In this document: one piece after another, positions 12,363 through 25,144 of the stretch
How the letters are laid out: each line of letters starts with the position of its first letter
Numbering within the stretch: the first letter of the stretch is position 1
Source of the DNA: Mobula hypostoma
Taxonomy: Eukaryota
Direction: 5' to 3'
Length of the DNA: 64,000 bases
Assembly (NCBI RefSeq): GCF_963921235.1
Contig: NC_086107.1
Location: 101,744,001-101,808,000, forward strand
Notes under the pieces: generated by a model
The model's database searches: none
Told to the model about the DNA's origin: nothing
What the model saw: the letters and a program-made list of their open reading frames with translations, nothing else
Position numbers and translations under genes: made by a program

Positions 12363-13234
12363 TTTAATATAAGAGGAATGAATCAGATTTCAAAAATGCT
12401 TCACCATTTTGTTCCATTTAGAATGCTGAAAAAAAAACAATGTCAGAAGAGGGCATAAAAAAAATGTAGTAGATGCATTATACTAGGATATCCTAAATGC
12501 ACTTCTGAAGTTACTACGCAGAGGACATGACTAAGGTCAGAACATGAAGTCAATGGGGAAAGTAGTGGAACAAAGAGCTAGAGATGAAGCAAGCTTTTCT
12601 GACAACAATGAAGCATTCAATATGAAGTCCGTGGGTATCAAGTTTTGATTCAAACCTTAAACAAAGTAAAATAGCTGTTGTGAATGAATCCAGCACCCAG
12701 AACCTTACTATGCAGCAGAGTTCTAGCTGAAACACTATCAGTTGCTTCATCATTGACAAGAGGATGTTGTCAGGAGAATGTTAATCAGCAAATTTTGGCT
12801 GTTTCAGAGATAGACTCGACTATTTGGAAAGAAGGTCCAGAGAATTCAGTAAGCAACAACATACATTAGTCTTCTGGAGCCTGAACGATTCTCTTGCCAA
12901 CTACAAAATACTTGTAATTTTGGCCTTTTGTTAGCTCTTCAGCCGTACCGTAGATGAAGCTAAACAAAGCCTTCCAAGAGTAGCTCACTGTCTGTCAAAT
13001 TTGAGTCAGAGTCATATGAGTCTTTATATACTGACTTGTGTGCTAAATACCTACTCTGTGAAAATGGTGGTCATCTTTCTAGCAGATATTTTGGAAAATT
13101 AAAATCTTCCCTACAGTGTTTCTATAATCAGATAAACTAAAAGTCTGTTCAGTTTTAACTTCATTCTAGGTTATTTTTGAGAATTTTTTTCGTAATTCAT
13201 TTATTGGTTAAAAAGCCTAACTGGTATTAATGGA

Positions 13235-13771
13235 TCAGACCACTCTAGGTGAATTGTGAGCATTTTTGGGTCCCTTATATAAGAAAAGATATGCTGACAT
13301 TGGAGAGGGTCCAGAAGAGGTTCATGATTCTGGGAATGAATGGGTTAAGATACAAGAAGCATTTGATGGCTCTGGGCTTGTACTTGCTGGAGTTTAGAAG
13401 AATGGGGGGGATGTCATTGAAACTCATCGAATATTAAAAGACTGAGATAGAGTGGATGCGGAGAGGATATTTCCTATAGTCGGAGAGGCTAGCACCAGAG
13501 GGCACAACCTCAGAATAGAGGGACACCACTTTAGAACAGAGATGAGGAATTTCTTTAGCCAAAGGCTGGTGAATCTGTGAAATTCATTGCCAAGTCATTG
13601 GGTATATTTAAAGCAGAGGTTGATAAGTTCTTGATTAGTAAGGGTAGTGAAAGGTTTTGGGGAGAAGGCAGGAGAATTGGGTTGAGAGGGATAATAAATC
13701 AGCCATGATGAAATAGTGGAGCAAACTCAATGGACCAAGTGGTCTAATTCTGCTCTCATGTCTTATGGTCT
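13235..13771 (+). mobile_element. CR1 3' fragment
   Basis: FWVPYIRKDMLTLERVQKRF and tail TCTTATGGTCT. Confidence 0.9.
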
Positions 13772-13925
13772 GAAAGGGTCCAATTGTTCTAGTAAGCTCT
13801 GCTTTTTCATGTGAATATTAAATAAGATACAATAAGCGAAACTATAATATATGGTAGACTAGAAGAATGTTGCTTTTCCCATCCTATCATATCATCTTGA
13901 TATTTTTATTTCTCCAAATACTTAC

Positions 13926-14031
13926 AATATCTGTGGATCAATTTCTCTGCAAGGAATGGGATAATGAGCAACAATTTCCCCATCAGCGTAAATATTGGCA
14001 AGCTCTTCCTCATTCTGCTTTTTTCTGATAA
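13926..14031 (-). CDS. MEI1: MEI1 coding exon 5 (LSEKSRMRKSLPIFTLMGKLLLIIPFLAEKLIHRY)
   Basis: Acceptor cttttgcag, donor gtaagt, 106 nt, phase 0 to 1. Resembles human [32 protein letters not shown]. Confidence 0.9.
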
Positions 14032-14564
14032 CTGCAAAAGAGATAAGTAAGATACCAACAAAATGATCCACACGATAAGTAGCAAGATAAATAGACAAGG
14101 AATACAACAATATGTTAATTGGGCCAGAAGTGTCTGAAGCTATCAATTTGTAGACCTGTTCTGACAATGACATAAGGATGGTTATAAACAGCAAATATCC
14201 AATAATCAGTTATCCATTGCTTAGAAATCCTAGTTATACAGCATCTGGCTCACTGAGTGCTGCTTCCTATGGTCCTCTTAAACTCACTGGGGCCCTTTTT
14301 CCCATATTGCCTTTTGAAACATCCGGTTTGCTGTAGCATTAACATAAAAATGTATTGAAGTGCAAGTATTAAAAGTGCATTAGTCCAGAAAACTAGCCAG
14401 TCCAGCACCAAACTCCAATAGATGCTGGAGTACTGCAGTCCTACTGCATTTCAGAGAGGAGATGTTTCTTAAATGATTGAGAGATAGCTGTCCCACAGTA
14501 TGATGGGTACAAATATTTTGAACTGATAGAGCAAAGCAAATAAGCACCAAAGTTTAAGGTGAAG

Positions 14565-16180
14565 CAGGATCTCCCAGGTAGTAATTTCTAGATTGCTGCC
14601 TGTGCCACGCACCAGTGAGGGTAGAAACAGGATGATTTGGCAGATAAATGCGTAGCTGAGAAGCTGGTGTAGGGAGCAGGGCTTCAGGTTCTTGGATCAT
14701 TGGGATCTCTTCTGGGGGAGGTATGACCAGTTCAAAAGTGACGGGTTGCACCTGAACCTGAGGGGGACCAATATTCTCTCAGGCAGGTTTGTTCAAGCTG
14801 TTGGGGAGAGTTTAAACTAATTTGGCAGGGGGGTGGGAACCAGTGTGAAGGAACTCAGAATAGGACAGATGATAAAAAAGTAAAGATAGCATGCAGTCAG
14901 ACTGTCAGAAAAGGCAGGCATGTGATGGCAGTTAGTTGCAGCCAACAGGCTTTGTATCGAATCATTAGGGATACAGAATCAGAAAGGATAGCAAATACAG
15001 TATTCAAGGTGTTGTATCTAAATGCGCGTAGTATAAGAAATAAGGTGGATGATCTTGTTGCACTTTTACAGATTGCCAGGTATGATGTTGTGGCCATCAC
15101 TGAATCGTGGCTGAAGGATGGTTGTCGTTGGGAGCTGAATGTCCAAGGTTACACGTAATATCGGAGGGATAGGAAGATAGGCAGAGGGGGTGGTGTGGCT
15201 CTACTGGTAAATAATGGCATCAAATCAGTAGAAAGATGTGACATAGGATTGGAAGATGTTGAATCCTTGTGGGTTGAGTTAAGGAACTACAAGGGTAAAA
15301 GGACGTTGATGGCAATTATATACAGGCCTCCCAACAGTGGAGGTGGACCACAGGTTACAACAGGAAATAGAAAAGGATAGTCATGGGAGATTTAGGCATG
15401 CAGGTCGATTGGGAAAATCAGGTTGGTAATAGATCTCAATACAGAGAGTTTGTTGAATGCCTAAGAGATAACTTTTTAGAGCAGTTTGTCATTAAGCCTA
15501 CTAGGGGATCAGCTATACTGGATTGGGTGTTATGTAATGAACCAGAGGCAATCAGGGACCTTAAGGTAAAAGAACCCTTAGAACCAGTGATCACAATATG
15601 ATTGAGTTCAACTTGAAATTTGATAGGGAGAAAGTAAAGTCTGATGTAGCAGTATTTCAATGGAGTAAGGAAAATTACAGCAGTATGAGAGGGGAGTTGG
15701 CCAAAGTAAATTGGAAGGAGCTGCTGGCAGGGATGTCAGCAGAGCAGTAATGGCACGCGTTTCTGAGAAAAATTAGGAAGGTTCAGGACATAAGTATTCC
15801 AAAAATGAAGTAGTACTCAAATGGTAAAATAGTTAACCATGGCAGACAAGGAAAGTAAAAGCTATTGTAAAAGCAAAAGAAAAGGCATACTAAAAAGCAA
15901 AAATTAGTGGGAAGACAGAGGATTGGGAAGATTTTAAAAACCTACAGAGAGCAACTAAAAAAATCATTAAAAGGGAAAAGATGAAATATGAAAGCAAGCT
16001 AGCAAATAATATGAAGTGGATAGCAAAAGGTTTTTCAAGTATGTTAAAAATAAAAGACAAATGAAAGTGGATATAGGATCACTAGAAAATGAGGCAGGAG
16101 AACTAATAATGGGGGACAAGGAGATGGCTGATGAACTAAATGAGTATTTTGCATCAATCTTCACTGTGGAAGACACTAGG
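14565..16180 (+). mobile_element. CR1 fragment: ORF1 SGNH-esterase end and ORF2 endonuclease
   Basis: FRFLDHWDLFWGRYDQFKSDGLHLN (ORF1); YLNARSIRNK, ITESWL, YRPPNS, ILDWVLCN (APE endonuclease). Confidence 0.92.
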
Positions 16181-16398
16181 TGTGATCCTGTATATTTGTC
16201 TCCATTCTGTTTCAGCTAAAAGAAAATAAAAATAGAAAAACCTACAAACATTTTGGGCTTTTCTGTGGTCCTATCATCTGCATTAGTGCAATTTCTAAAA
16301 TTATAAACTCTTCAGCAAAGCAGATAGAAATTGCACTTACAACTAATTATTATCATCATTATGAAAATACTGCAATATCTATCCATGGAATTACTGAC

Positions 16399-16472
16399 CT
16401 GTTTTTGACATTGATCCAACACACAGCATACAATCTCATCTGATTTAAATTCTCCCATAAGAGCTGCAAGGA
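16399..16472 (-). CDS. MEI1: MEI1 coding exon 4 (VLAALMGEFKSDEIVCCVLDQCQKQ)
   Basis: Acceptor ttttttcag, donor CAG|gtcagt, 74 nt, phase 1 to 0. Resembles human [25 protein letters not shown]. Confidence 0.88.
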
Positions 16473-17469
16473 CTGAAAAAAAACATTTGGTTAGGACTGT
16501 TGGTTAGGACTGTTAAAGACCTGTTCCGTCAATCATTCACATATTCTAACGTCAATGGCTGTTTTTGTATGGCAACTCAAGAATACAAGTGTATTCAAAA
16601 GCAATATAATTAGGGGAAGAATAAAATTTATATTTATTGTTCAAAGACATGATGGTTTGGCAACTGGTTCACTGGATGCTGACTCCTACACTCCCTTTAA
16701 CACACTTGGACCTTAGTTTCTGCCTTTAAACTCATTGGGACTCTGGTTTCCCACACTCCCTTTAAAATAATCTGGTTCTGTTTCTATGTTTCCTTAAAAA
16801 TTACTGGGTTCACTGGAAAATATTTTATACTACTGCTGTGTAACATTTGAAAAAAGAAGTGAATTAAAAGAAAGAATAATGTCAAATAATCCAGAAATTC
16901 TGCCAGTTCAACCCTATCGTTGTCATGAATTAAGTTTTATTGTATAAACTTTATTTTAATAAATGAAAATAGTTTGATAAATAACTAATATAGAACCTGA
17001 CCTAGAAATTCTCTGCATTCTGCAATGTTTATTTTGAACATTATGCAAATAAATTTGAGCTTTTTCATGCACACAAAGCACAACTCTGCAAATTCAATCC
17101 AGAGACCATGCTTGATACCACTTTTGAAAAATTCTCATGCACACATACAGTATACAAGATCCACCAACAATGCAGCTCATTCATACTGACACACTTTGAC
17201 ATTAGACCCAAAGTTTCTGTAGCATTAATTTTACTACAATTGAAAGTAAACTTTGCATGAAAAGTATCTAATTCTTACCTAATTGTATTTTCCTGTTAAA
17301 AAAATGTATAATTTATGTTTATGTTTTTCTTGTGAACGCTGCTCACATGATGCTATGTGCTTTAGATGCCGCTATAAGTAAGATTCTTATTGCAGCTATG
17401 CATACTACATGTACTTCAGTATATAACAATAAAAGAGATCAAAGTAGTTTTCCTAGTCTTCACAGTTGG

Positions 17470-17902
17470 ATAAAACTTTGGTTAGGCCACACTGAGTACT
17501 GTATGCCATTCTGGCTACCTGTTTGTGGGAAGGATGTGGAAGCTTTGGAGACAGTACACAAGAGGTCTATCAGGATGTTTATGATATTATGAGAGGCATG
17601 GATGGGGTGAATAAAATCTCTTTCCCAGAATAGAAGATCTAGAGTGCATAGGTTGAAGCTGAGAATGGGAACATTTACAAGAGGTATGCAGGGTAAGTTT
17701 CACTTACACAGAGAATGGTAGGTGCCTGGAACACGCTGCTAGTAGTGGTTTGAGAAGCAGATACAACATTTCAGAGGCTTTTAGATAGGCACATGATTAT
17801 GCAGAGCTTGATAAGGATCATAAGCAGCCAGAATGTATTAGTTTAATTTTGCATCATGTTCAACGCAGACCTCATGGGCTGAAGGGCTGTACTGTGCTAT
17901 GT
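17470..17902 (+). mobile_element. CR1 3' fragment
   Basis: LGHTEYCMPFWLPVCGKDVEALE and a CR1-like tail. Confidence 0.8.
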
Positions 17903-18078
17903 CCACACATACAGTCACAACAGACATTTCCAACCATGCTCCTGTATTTCCACTACTAATAATCTCTCCACCTACTCCCAAGATCTGTAGCCTTCTCGAT
18001 ATCTTTCTTCTGCTAGTTCCACAACAAAAATAAAGAATTCCACTGATAGACGGTATTGAACCAAACTAGCCTGAGTCC

Positions 18079-18389
18079 AATCACAAGCAAGAGAAAACCT
18101 TCAGATGCTGGAAATCCAAATAACACACACAAAATGCTGGAGAAACTCACCAGGCCAGGCAGTATCTATGGAAAAGATTACAGTCGATGTTTAGGGCCAA
18201 GACCCTTCATTAAGACTGGGTAAAAAGATGAGGAGTCAGAGTAAGGTTGAATTCCCCTCCCCCACTTTCTTACTGACTCCTCATCTGTTTTTTCCAGTCT
18301 TGATGAAGGGTCTCAGCCTGAAACATCAACTATACTCTTTTCCATAGATGCTGCCTGGCCTGCTAAGTTCCTCCAGCATTTTGTGTGTG
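18079..18389. mobile_element. Penelope-terminus inverted pair with decayed hammerheads
   Basis: Inverted arms and TSD TAGCCTGAGTCC (18067-18078 / 18390-18401). Confidence 0.85.
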
Positions 18390-18839
18390 TAGCCTGAGTC
18401 CCGGGCTTTAATATGTCTTTTTGAGTGCCACAGAATTTATAGATCTCTTTCCTTAAATTACAGAGGGTCATGAAGCAAGCTATCAGGGAAAATCCAGAGA
18501 GAATCTCCTATCTAATTGTGTATTAATGCACAATTGAGCATTCATACACAATTAGAGTCAGGACAACATGGTAAGCTTCATTCTTCAGTGGCTCTCAGTG
18601 CAGTATTTACCAAATATTCTTTAGAGGCACAAGGGAATGCAGATGTCTCTGGTCAAGAGGCCACCAAGCAGTGATGTCCATTGATGATGTGGCTCAGACT
18701 TGGCTGTTTTTTGTTGGTATTTGTTGGAAACAGGGCAGAGACATAGGGTTTAGGGTCAGGAATGAGGGGTAGTTAAAGGTCAGGGACAGTAAATTAAGAG
18801 CCTGGGCAGGAAAATAAGTCCAGATTGAAGCACTCTGTG

Positions 18840-19620
18840 GTCGAACCTTAGCGATCCCGAAATTTCTGTTGCAGGACTGAGGAGAATGATCCCAGTTTGG
18901 AATTTCTGTTGCAGGACTGAGGAGAATGATCCCAGTTTGGAGACCCATACTGTTGGCGAGAGTACCAAGTACAGGGGGGTGGTGGGGGGGGGGTCATGAA
19001 TACCAGTGGACCCCCCCAGATCACCTACATTGGAGCTCCGTGAAAGTCCTATAGTCAAGGCCCATGTGAGTCTAGAAAAAGAGGCCCAAAGATCAAACTT
19101 GGCAAAGTCCGTAGGGCAATGCCAAAAGTCAAAGTCATGGGCACTATGGGGAGATAGAAGCCTGAAGGATGAAGTCCAAAGATAGAAGCCTGAAGGAGTC
19201 ACGAGGCCCCAAGCTGCCATGGTTGGTAATCCGTGCAATTCGGAAGTCGAGGCCAAAGGCCAACTCGTGATCAGTGTCCTGGGGTGAACTTAAAAATTGA
19301 AGGCCTGATGTCTGCAAGTCAGAGAATCTAGGATAAGGACTGCAGGTCTGGAGGTGTTGAAGGCCTGTATGGGTGTGTGAGAGGGTGGGAGGTTTTGGGA
19401 AAGGATTTTGTTTTGCTGTTGGCATTGTTTTGCTTTGTTGCTGTTGCGCTTGTATTGTTCTGCGGAACATAGTGGGCATGTTATGTTGGCGCCAGAATGT
19501 GTGGCGACAATTGCGGGCTGTCGCCAGCACATCCTTGGGTATGCTGGTTATTAATGCAAATGATGCATTTCACTGTATGTTTTGTTGTACATGTGATAAA
19601 TAATTCTGAATCTGAATCAG
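18840..19620 (+). mobile_element. Repeat with Rex-like 3' end and internal tandem duplications
   Basis: Ends in gcatttcactgtatgttt...aaataattctgaatctgaatc. Exact 40-bp tandem duplication at 18861-18940. Confidence 0.5.
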
Positions 19621-19627
19621 CTAGAAT

Positions 19628-20285
19628 CTGAAGCAACACACAATCTGCTGGTAGAACACAGCGAGTCAAGCAGCATCAGTGGGAGGAAAGAAACTGTGGA
19701 CATTTCAGGCCAAAACCCTGCATCAGGACTGAGAATAGAGAGGCAAAGTGGTTAACATTGAGAAGAGAAGGGCAAGAAGGGACTTCAAGGCATCTGGTAG
19801 ACTGAAGGAGGAGGACAAGATGACAGGCAGGTTCTGTCATGTAGGAGAGGTGAGGTTGGGGTGTGCATGGGGAAACCGTAGTCAGTAAACAATAAACAGA
19901 AGCAGACAGAGAGAGGAAAAAGAAGAAAATTTACAGACAGTGCAAGGTAGGGGAGAAGCATGTGAAGATGAACGATAAGCAGGAATACTATTGCTGGATT
20001 CTGATAAGCAAAGTAGTTGAGAATAGGAACCATTAGGAGAGAGCAGAACCTATTAGGAGGTTGGGGTGGGGGAGGGAAAATACATGTGTGCTGAGTTAGT
20101 AGATGGACGAGAAAGGGGACAACAATAGGTGAGGGGGGCTGGGGAGGGTGAAAGAGAAGTCAAAAATGGGAAGGCTGGAGGATCAGAAGAAGGGAGTGAT
20201 AAATGTGGAGAGAGAAATTATAAAAAAGGGGAGAAGGTATTACCTAAAATTGGAAAACTCAACATTCATGTCACTGGGCTGTAGT
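19628..20285 (-). mobile_element. Penelope-like 3' end (GIY-YIG tail, UTR, terminus)
   Basis: Minus-strand LQPSDMNVEFSNFR* at ~20240-20285 and a decayed hammerhead at ~19695-19731. Confidence 0.75.
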
Positions 20286-21002
20286 CCTTGCACCCGATTA
20301 ATATTTCTCCATTTAGTGGATCAACTAAATGGAGCATATAGGCTCCAGAACTGTGAAATTGGCCTGTGTAAATTTTTTGGCAAAAGATTTACTAATTTCT
20401 TGCTAATATTATTTGACAGTATGAGTAACATGACCAGCTCTGCTCAACAGATTAGTTTTACAGTTGCACGTGCACAATTTGTGCCCACTGTATTAATGAA
20501 GTCAATCTTTGAACAACTTTGATATGACAGCTGCTCTACAAAATTGCACAATATTTCAGTTTATACTGATACATCAACAACACCTGCTCTTCTGTTATTG
20601 ATACAAATAACATCCAGAATCCACACATGGCCTTCTTAATCTAAGATACTTTGCTCTTTAAAAACAGCAAAACCAGCCATGGTATTCCTGGAACACAACG
20701 TATCAAAAACCTCATCATGCTGGTGAATCCACAGCTGCTTGAATGAATGGTACATGTCTGACACATGGCTATGGCTAATTGTTTCTCTGACCAATCCACA
20801 TCTCATACACATGCCTCACAACATAGCAATTTACCATATGAAATTTACCAATTTCCCCTACCAACCATCAACTGTTATTTAAAGAGATACTCTTCTTCAT
20901 CTCTGCAATCAGATTTCTGAACAGTTCATGAACCCAAGAACACTACTTCATTATTCCTTTGTTTGTTCTAATTATAATGCTTGGGGAAATGGTCAAGGAT
21001 AT

Positions 21003-21540
21003 CTATTATTTATTTAGGGATACAGTGCGGAACAGGCCTTTCCAGCCCTACGAGCCAGACCACATAGCCACCCACTTACTGTATATACCACTAGACAATT
21101 TACAATGACCAATTAACCTACTAACTGGTATGTTTTTGAACAATGGGAAGAACCTGGAGCACCCAGAGGAAACCCATACGTTCATGGAGAGAACATACGA
21201 ACTTTTTACAGGCAGCACCAGAAATGAACTCCAAACATCCTGAACTGTGATAGCATCAAGCTAACCACTATGCACCATGGCACCCAAAGCATTGAGAAAG
21301 TTAAACTCCTGCACTGAGGGGAGGTAAATATGATATGGTCTAAGGAATCATGGTCATATAAGGAGGAGACAAACCTGCCGGCCCACTCAGTCTACACTGA
21401 TTATTGATCATCTGCTTAATACAACCCTACACTAATTCTCCCCTTATCACCATCAACTTCCCCCCAGATTCTAACACTCACCTATAAACTAGGGACAGTT
21501 AACCTATCAACCCACATGTAAGAGGAAACCAGAGCACCTG
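21003..21540 (-). mobile_element. Two V-SINE-like elements
   Basis: Same core (GGAGCACCCAGAGGAAACC on the plus strand) and A-rich tail. Confidence 0.75.
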
Positions 21541-21675
21541 TTACTTGTTATATTTTATAACTTTAAAACATTAATTCAAAGGAAGACACGGGAGTCTAAA
21601 ATGTGGATCTAATTTTGTGTTTACTTCAAGAGAGCTGTACAGATGTCACATGCCGACATGATGATCTATGCAGTT

Positions 21676-23239
21676 GTTTGTGAACCCTTTGTAATAACCT
21701 GTTTTTCGGCGTTAATTACTCATAAAATGTGGTCTGATCTTCATCCAAGACACAATAATAGACAAACACAATCTGCCTAAACTAATAACACACAAATTGT
21801 ACTTTTCATTTCTTTATTGAATACATTGTTTAATCATTCTCAGTCCAGGCTGGAAGAAGTATGTGAACCCTTGTATTTAATAACTGGTAGAACCTCCTTT
21901 AGTAGAAATAACCTCCACCAAACATTTCCTGTAATTGCAGAGCAGACTTTCACAATGGCAAGGAGGAATTTTAGACCATTCCTCCAAACAAAACTGTTTC
22001 AGTTCATCAATATTTCTGGGATACCTTACTTGAACAGCCCTCTTCAGGTCATACTAAAGCATCTCAATTGGGCTAAGGTCTGGATTCTGACTTGGTCATT
22101 CCAAAACATGATTTTGCTTCTTTTTAAACCATTCTCTTGTTGATTTACTCTTGTTGTTCAGATCATTGTCTTGTTGCGTCATCCAACTTCTATTAAGCTT
22201 CAGGTGACAGACAACTACCCTGACATCCTCCTGTAAAATGTCTTGATACAATTTTGAATTCATGGTTCCCTCCACAATTGCAAGCTGTCCAGGCCCTGAG
22301 GCAGCAAAGCAACCCCAACTAATGATGCTCCTTACACCATGCTTCGCAGTTGGGATGAGGTTTTGGTGTTAATATGCAGTGCCCTTTTCCCTCCAAACAT
22401 CGCTGTATGCATTTCTGCCAAAAAGTTCAACTTTTGTCTCATCTGTCCACAAATCATTTTCCTAGAAGCATTGTGGAACATACAGCTAGTCTTTTGCAAA
22501 CTTGAGACATGCAGCAATGTTTTTTTTTAGGTTCAGTGGTTTCTTCTGTGATGCCATTCCATGACCACCATTCTTGCTCAGCATTTTTTTTCATATAGTG
22601 AACACATGAACAAAGACTTTAGCAACTTCTAGAAATTTCTTTGGGTCTTTTGCTGTTACCTTTGGGTTCTTTTTCACCTCCTTCAGCATTGCACGTTTTA
22701 CTCTTAGTGTGAACTTTGCAAGGTGCCCACTACTAGGAAGAGTACTGAATTTCCTCCATTTGTAGACAATTTCTTCTACCGTGGACTGACGAACACTCGG
22801 GTCCTTAGAAAAGCTTTTGTAGCATTTTCCAGCTTCATGTCTCTCTACAATTCTTCTTCTAAGGTCCTCTGCAAGTTGTTTTGATCAAGGCATAATGCAC
22901 ATAAACAGATGTTCCTTGAGAAGAACTTTGCGTGTGTAAATCCAGCCATTGCTATTCTGCCTTATTTCTGCTAGTGTCCTCTTCCAATCAGCTTTGGCCA
23001 TCTCCTCTCCAATGCTATTGACTCTGTGTCTTTTTTTATAGGGCAGGGCCCCTCTATACTCCACACCTCTAATTTCATTTTATTGATTGGAATACCTGAC
23101 TCCAGATAGCTTTTGTAGAAGGAAAAGTTCACTGAAGTTTCACATACTTTTTTGAACCTACACTGTGATTGTTTAAATGGTGTACTCAGTATTGACGAGT
23201 AGTAGTACAATCTACTGTGTTACTCATTTAGGCAGATGA
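21676..23239 (-). mobile_element. Degenerate Tc1/mariner DNA transposon interrupting the Gypsy 3' LTR
   Basis: Frameshifted transposase remnants (W.DETKVELF, TAKHG, QDNDL.., WND...QNPDLSPIEML). Related inverted ends at 21770-21802 and 23204-23238, and an internal repeat tgtgaaccctt. Confidence 0.85.
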
Positions 23240-23564
23240 CACTCCTCTCTGCTTAGCTATAAACTTCAACTCAATAGAGAATGTATCTCAAGTATATACA
23301 CAGTATATCATATAATACAACTACTACATACAGACATCCACAGCATAGTAAGTTTTAAATTCTCCCACTTAGGCCTAAAGATTTAATCACTGCGGAAGAT
23401 TTATTATTCTTGTGGAATAACATCTTTCCTGACAAGGGAGGTCACTTTGCTTGGCAAGTGAGACTTGTGGCTGTGAAAATAATCTCAGGTTCTGGGGCCT
23501 CCTCCGTGGTGGTTGTAGGAGTTGACTCAGACTGCAGGAAATTATTCTGATAGTGGTAGCCACC

Positions 23565-24106
23565 TTTGTTCTCCTTCCTTTTCTCCTTCTAATTTCTGCA
23601 TCTTGATCTTGGGAAGATGCATTTAATTCACTAGAGTATTTTCTTATTAATCCTTCTATTGTTCTCTTTACAATCTGATCTCTCCTCTTGGTTTTCTCAC
23701 CCCCAACATCATCTGACAAATCTTGTTTTCGTATCTCCATTGACTCCTTTTTTTTAGGCCATTCATCTGTCTGGGCTTTGGTCTTTGCATTTACTTTTAC
23801 AAGCAGCCTTTCACTCCCACTTGAAGTTCATGTACCCAGAAAAGATTCTCATTCTTTATACTCAAAAAAGGCCAATGCTTGCATTTTTCCTGAATCTCCT
23901 TGAACTCTCTTCCAGCTTAAAACCAAGCCACATTTCACAAGTAACTGCCTGATTAACATATCAGAAGTTTTCTCAGATATGCTGCCAACAAAAACAGTTG
24001 TAGTCGGACCACTACTTTTGTCACCTTCATGATTCCTCTGAGCAGCATGGTCCTTCCTTGGTCCAATATTCTTTCCAACCAGAGGCACAGAGGTTGGCAC
24101 CAACAC
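23565..24106 (-). pseudogene. RBM25: Intronless RBM25 retrocopy fragment (RRM and downstream region), disabled
   Basis: Translates to VLVPT...GPTTTVFVGSISEKTSDMLIRQLLVKCGLVLSWKRVQGDSGKMQA...EYKE*...LLVKVNAKTKAQTDEW...TKRRDQIVKRTIEGLIRKYSSELNASSQ, closely matching RBM25. No introns; contains a stop, a deletion and frameshifts. Confidence 0.92.
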
Positions 24107-25056
24107 CCGTTCATCCTCTGTTGGGCCAAAATTCATGGTGTATAACATGGAGACAGTAGTGGCATCATCCAGCACCTTCCTTAATTTGCTTTCAGTTCGC
24201 TTCTTTGCAGGAGATGTGGCATGCAATTGGTGGATGGATTTCTAATCATGTTGTTGTTGACTCAGCCTATCACATCCCCACAAAGCTGGCCGATCTGATT
24301 TTACCACATACAAGCTCAATGTGGCTTTTTGGTTACTGTATTTCACTGTCACGTCATTCCCACTGGAGTTATCTTTTCTCCAGTACAAGTTCTTACATGG
24401 ATACCTACAGGCTTCAGTCTGATATCTTTGAAATGCTGTTCAAATTTATTTTGTGGAATGATAAACAGCTGAACCAGTGTCTAATTCCATTTTAACTAAT
24501 TTACTATTCACTTCTGGTGTAAGCCATATTGCTTGTCTACTGTTAGTTTTCACACTGCAAGTCTCAAGGCTACAATCCTGTGTCACTCTCATCATTGTAG
24601 TTTTTAATCAACAGCACGCAGGTCAATGCTCTCTTTGAAACTACAACTTGACTTTATCTTTTTCTCTTCCCTGTGCAGTCTCTTCATTTTTGTCTGCCTG
24701 ACATACTCTTTGTATGTGTCCTACTTTGTTGCACTTTCTGCAAGTTCGACCTTTAAATCTGCACTTGTTTGATGTATGTGAGCCCCTCCCACAGCAGTAA
24801 CACAATTTGTTCAGCCAGGCTGGTTTCTGTTTAGATGCTGCAATTTTGCTCATGCTCACTTTTATTCCTGACTGTAACTCAATTGCATTTCTGTCTGCCA
24901 TTTCCATTGAAAGAATAATTTCAACTGCTCTTTTAAATGTAAGTTGTGCTTTAGTTAGGAGCCATTTTTGAATGCTTTCTTGAAAGATTCCACAAACTAA
25001 ACGATCTCTCAGTGCATCATCATGCCCATTACTGAACTGACAACGCTCAGACAATC

Positions 25057-25144
25057 AACAGGAATTCTGCAGATGCTGGAAATTCAAGCAACATACATCA
25101 AAGTTGCTGGTGAACGCAGCAGGCCAGGCAGCATCTGTAGGAAT
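25057..25144 (-). mobile_element. 88-bp Penelope terminus inserted in Gypsy gag
   Basis: Near-identical to 10280-10366. TSD GCTCAGACAATC (25045-25056 / 25145-25156). Confidence 0.9.

Noticed and set aside
13922..14194. 90-aa ORF as a gene
   Set aside because: The real MEI1 exon (13926-14031) is in a different frame; the rest is intron.
18861..18940. Direct repeats as a CRISPR-like array
   Set aside because: Two adjacent units, no spacers, eukaryotic context.
23387..24226. Functional RBM25 gene or Gypsy-RBM25 fusion protein
   Set aside because: In-frame stop after EYKE, internal deletion and frameshifts; the upstream gag and protease are also disrupted.
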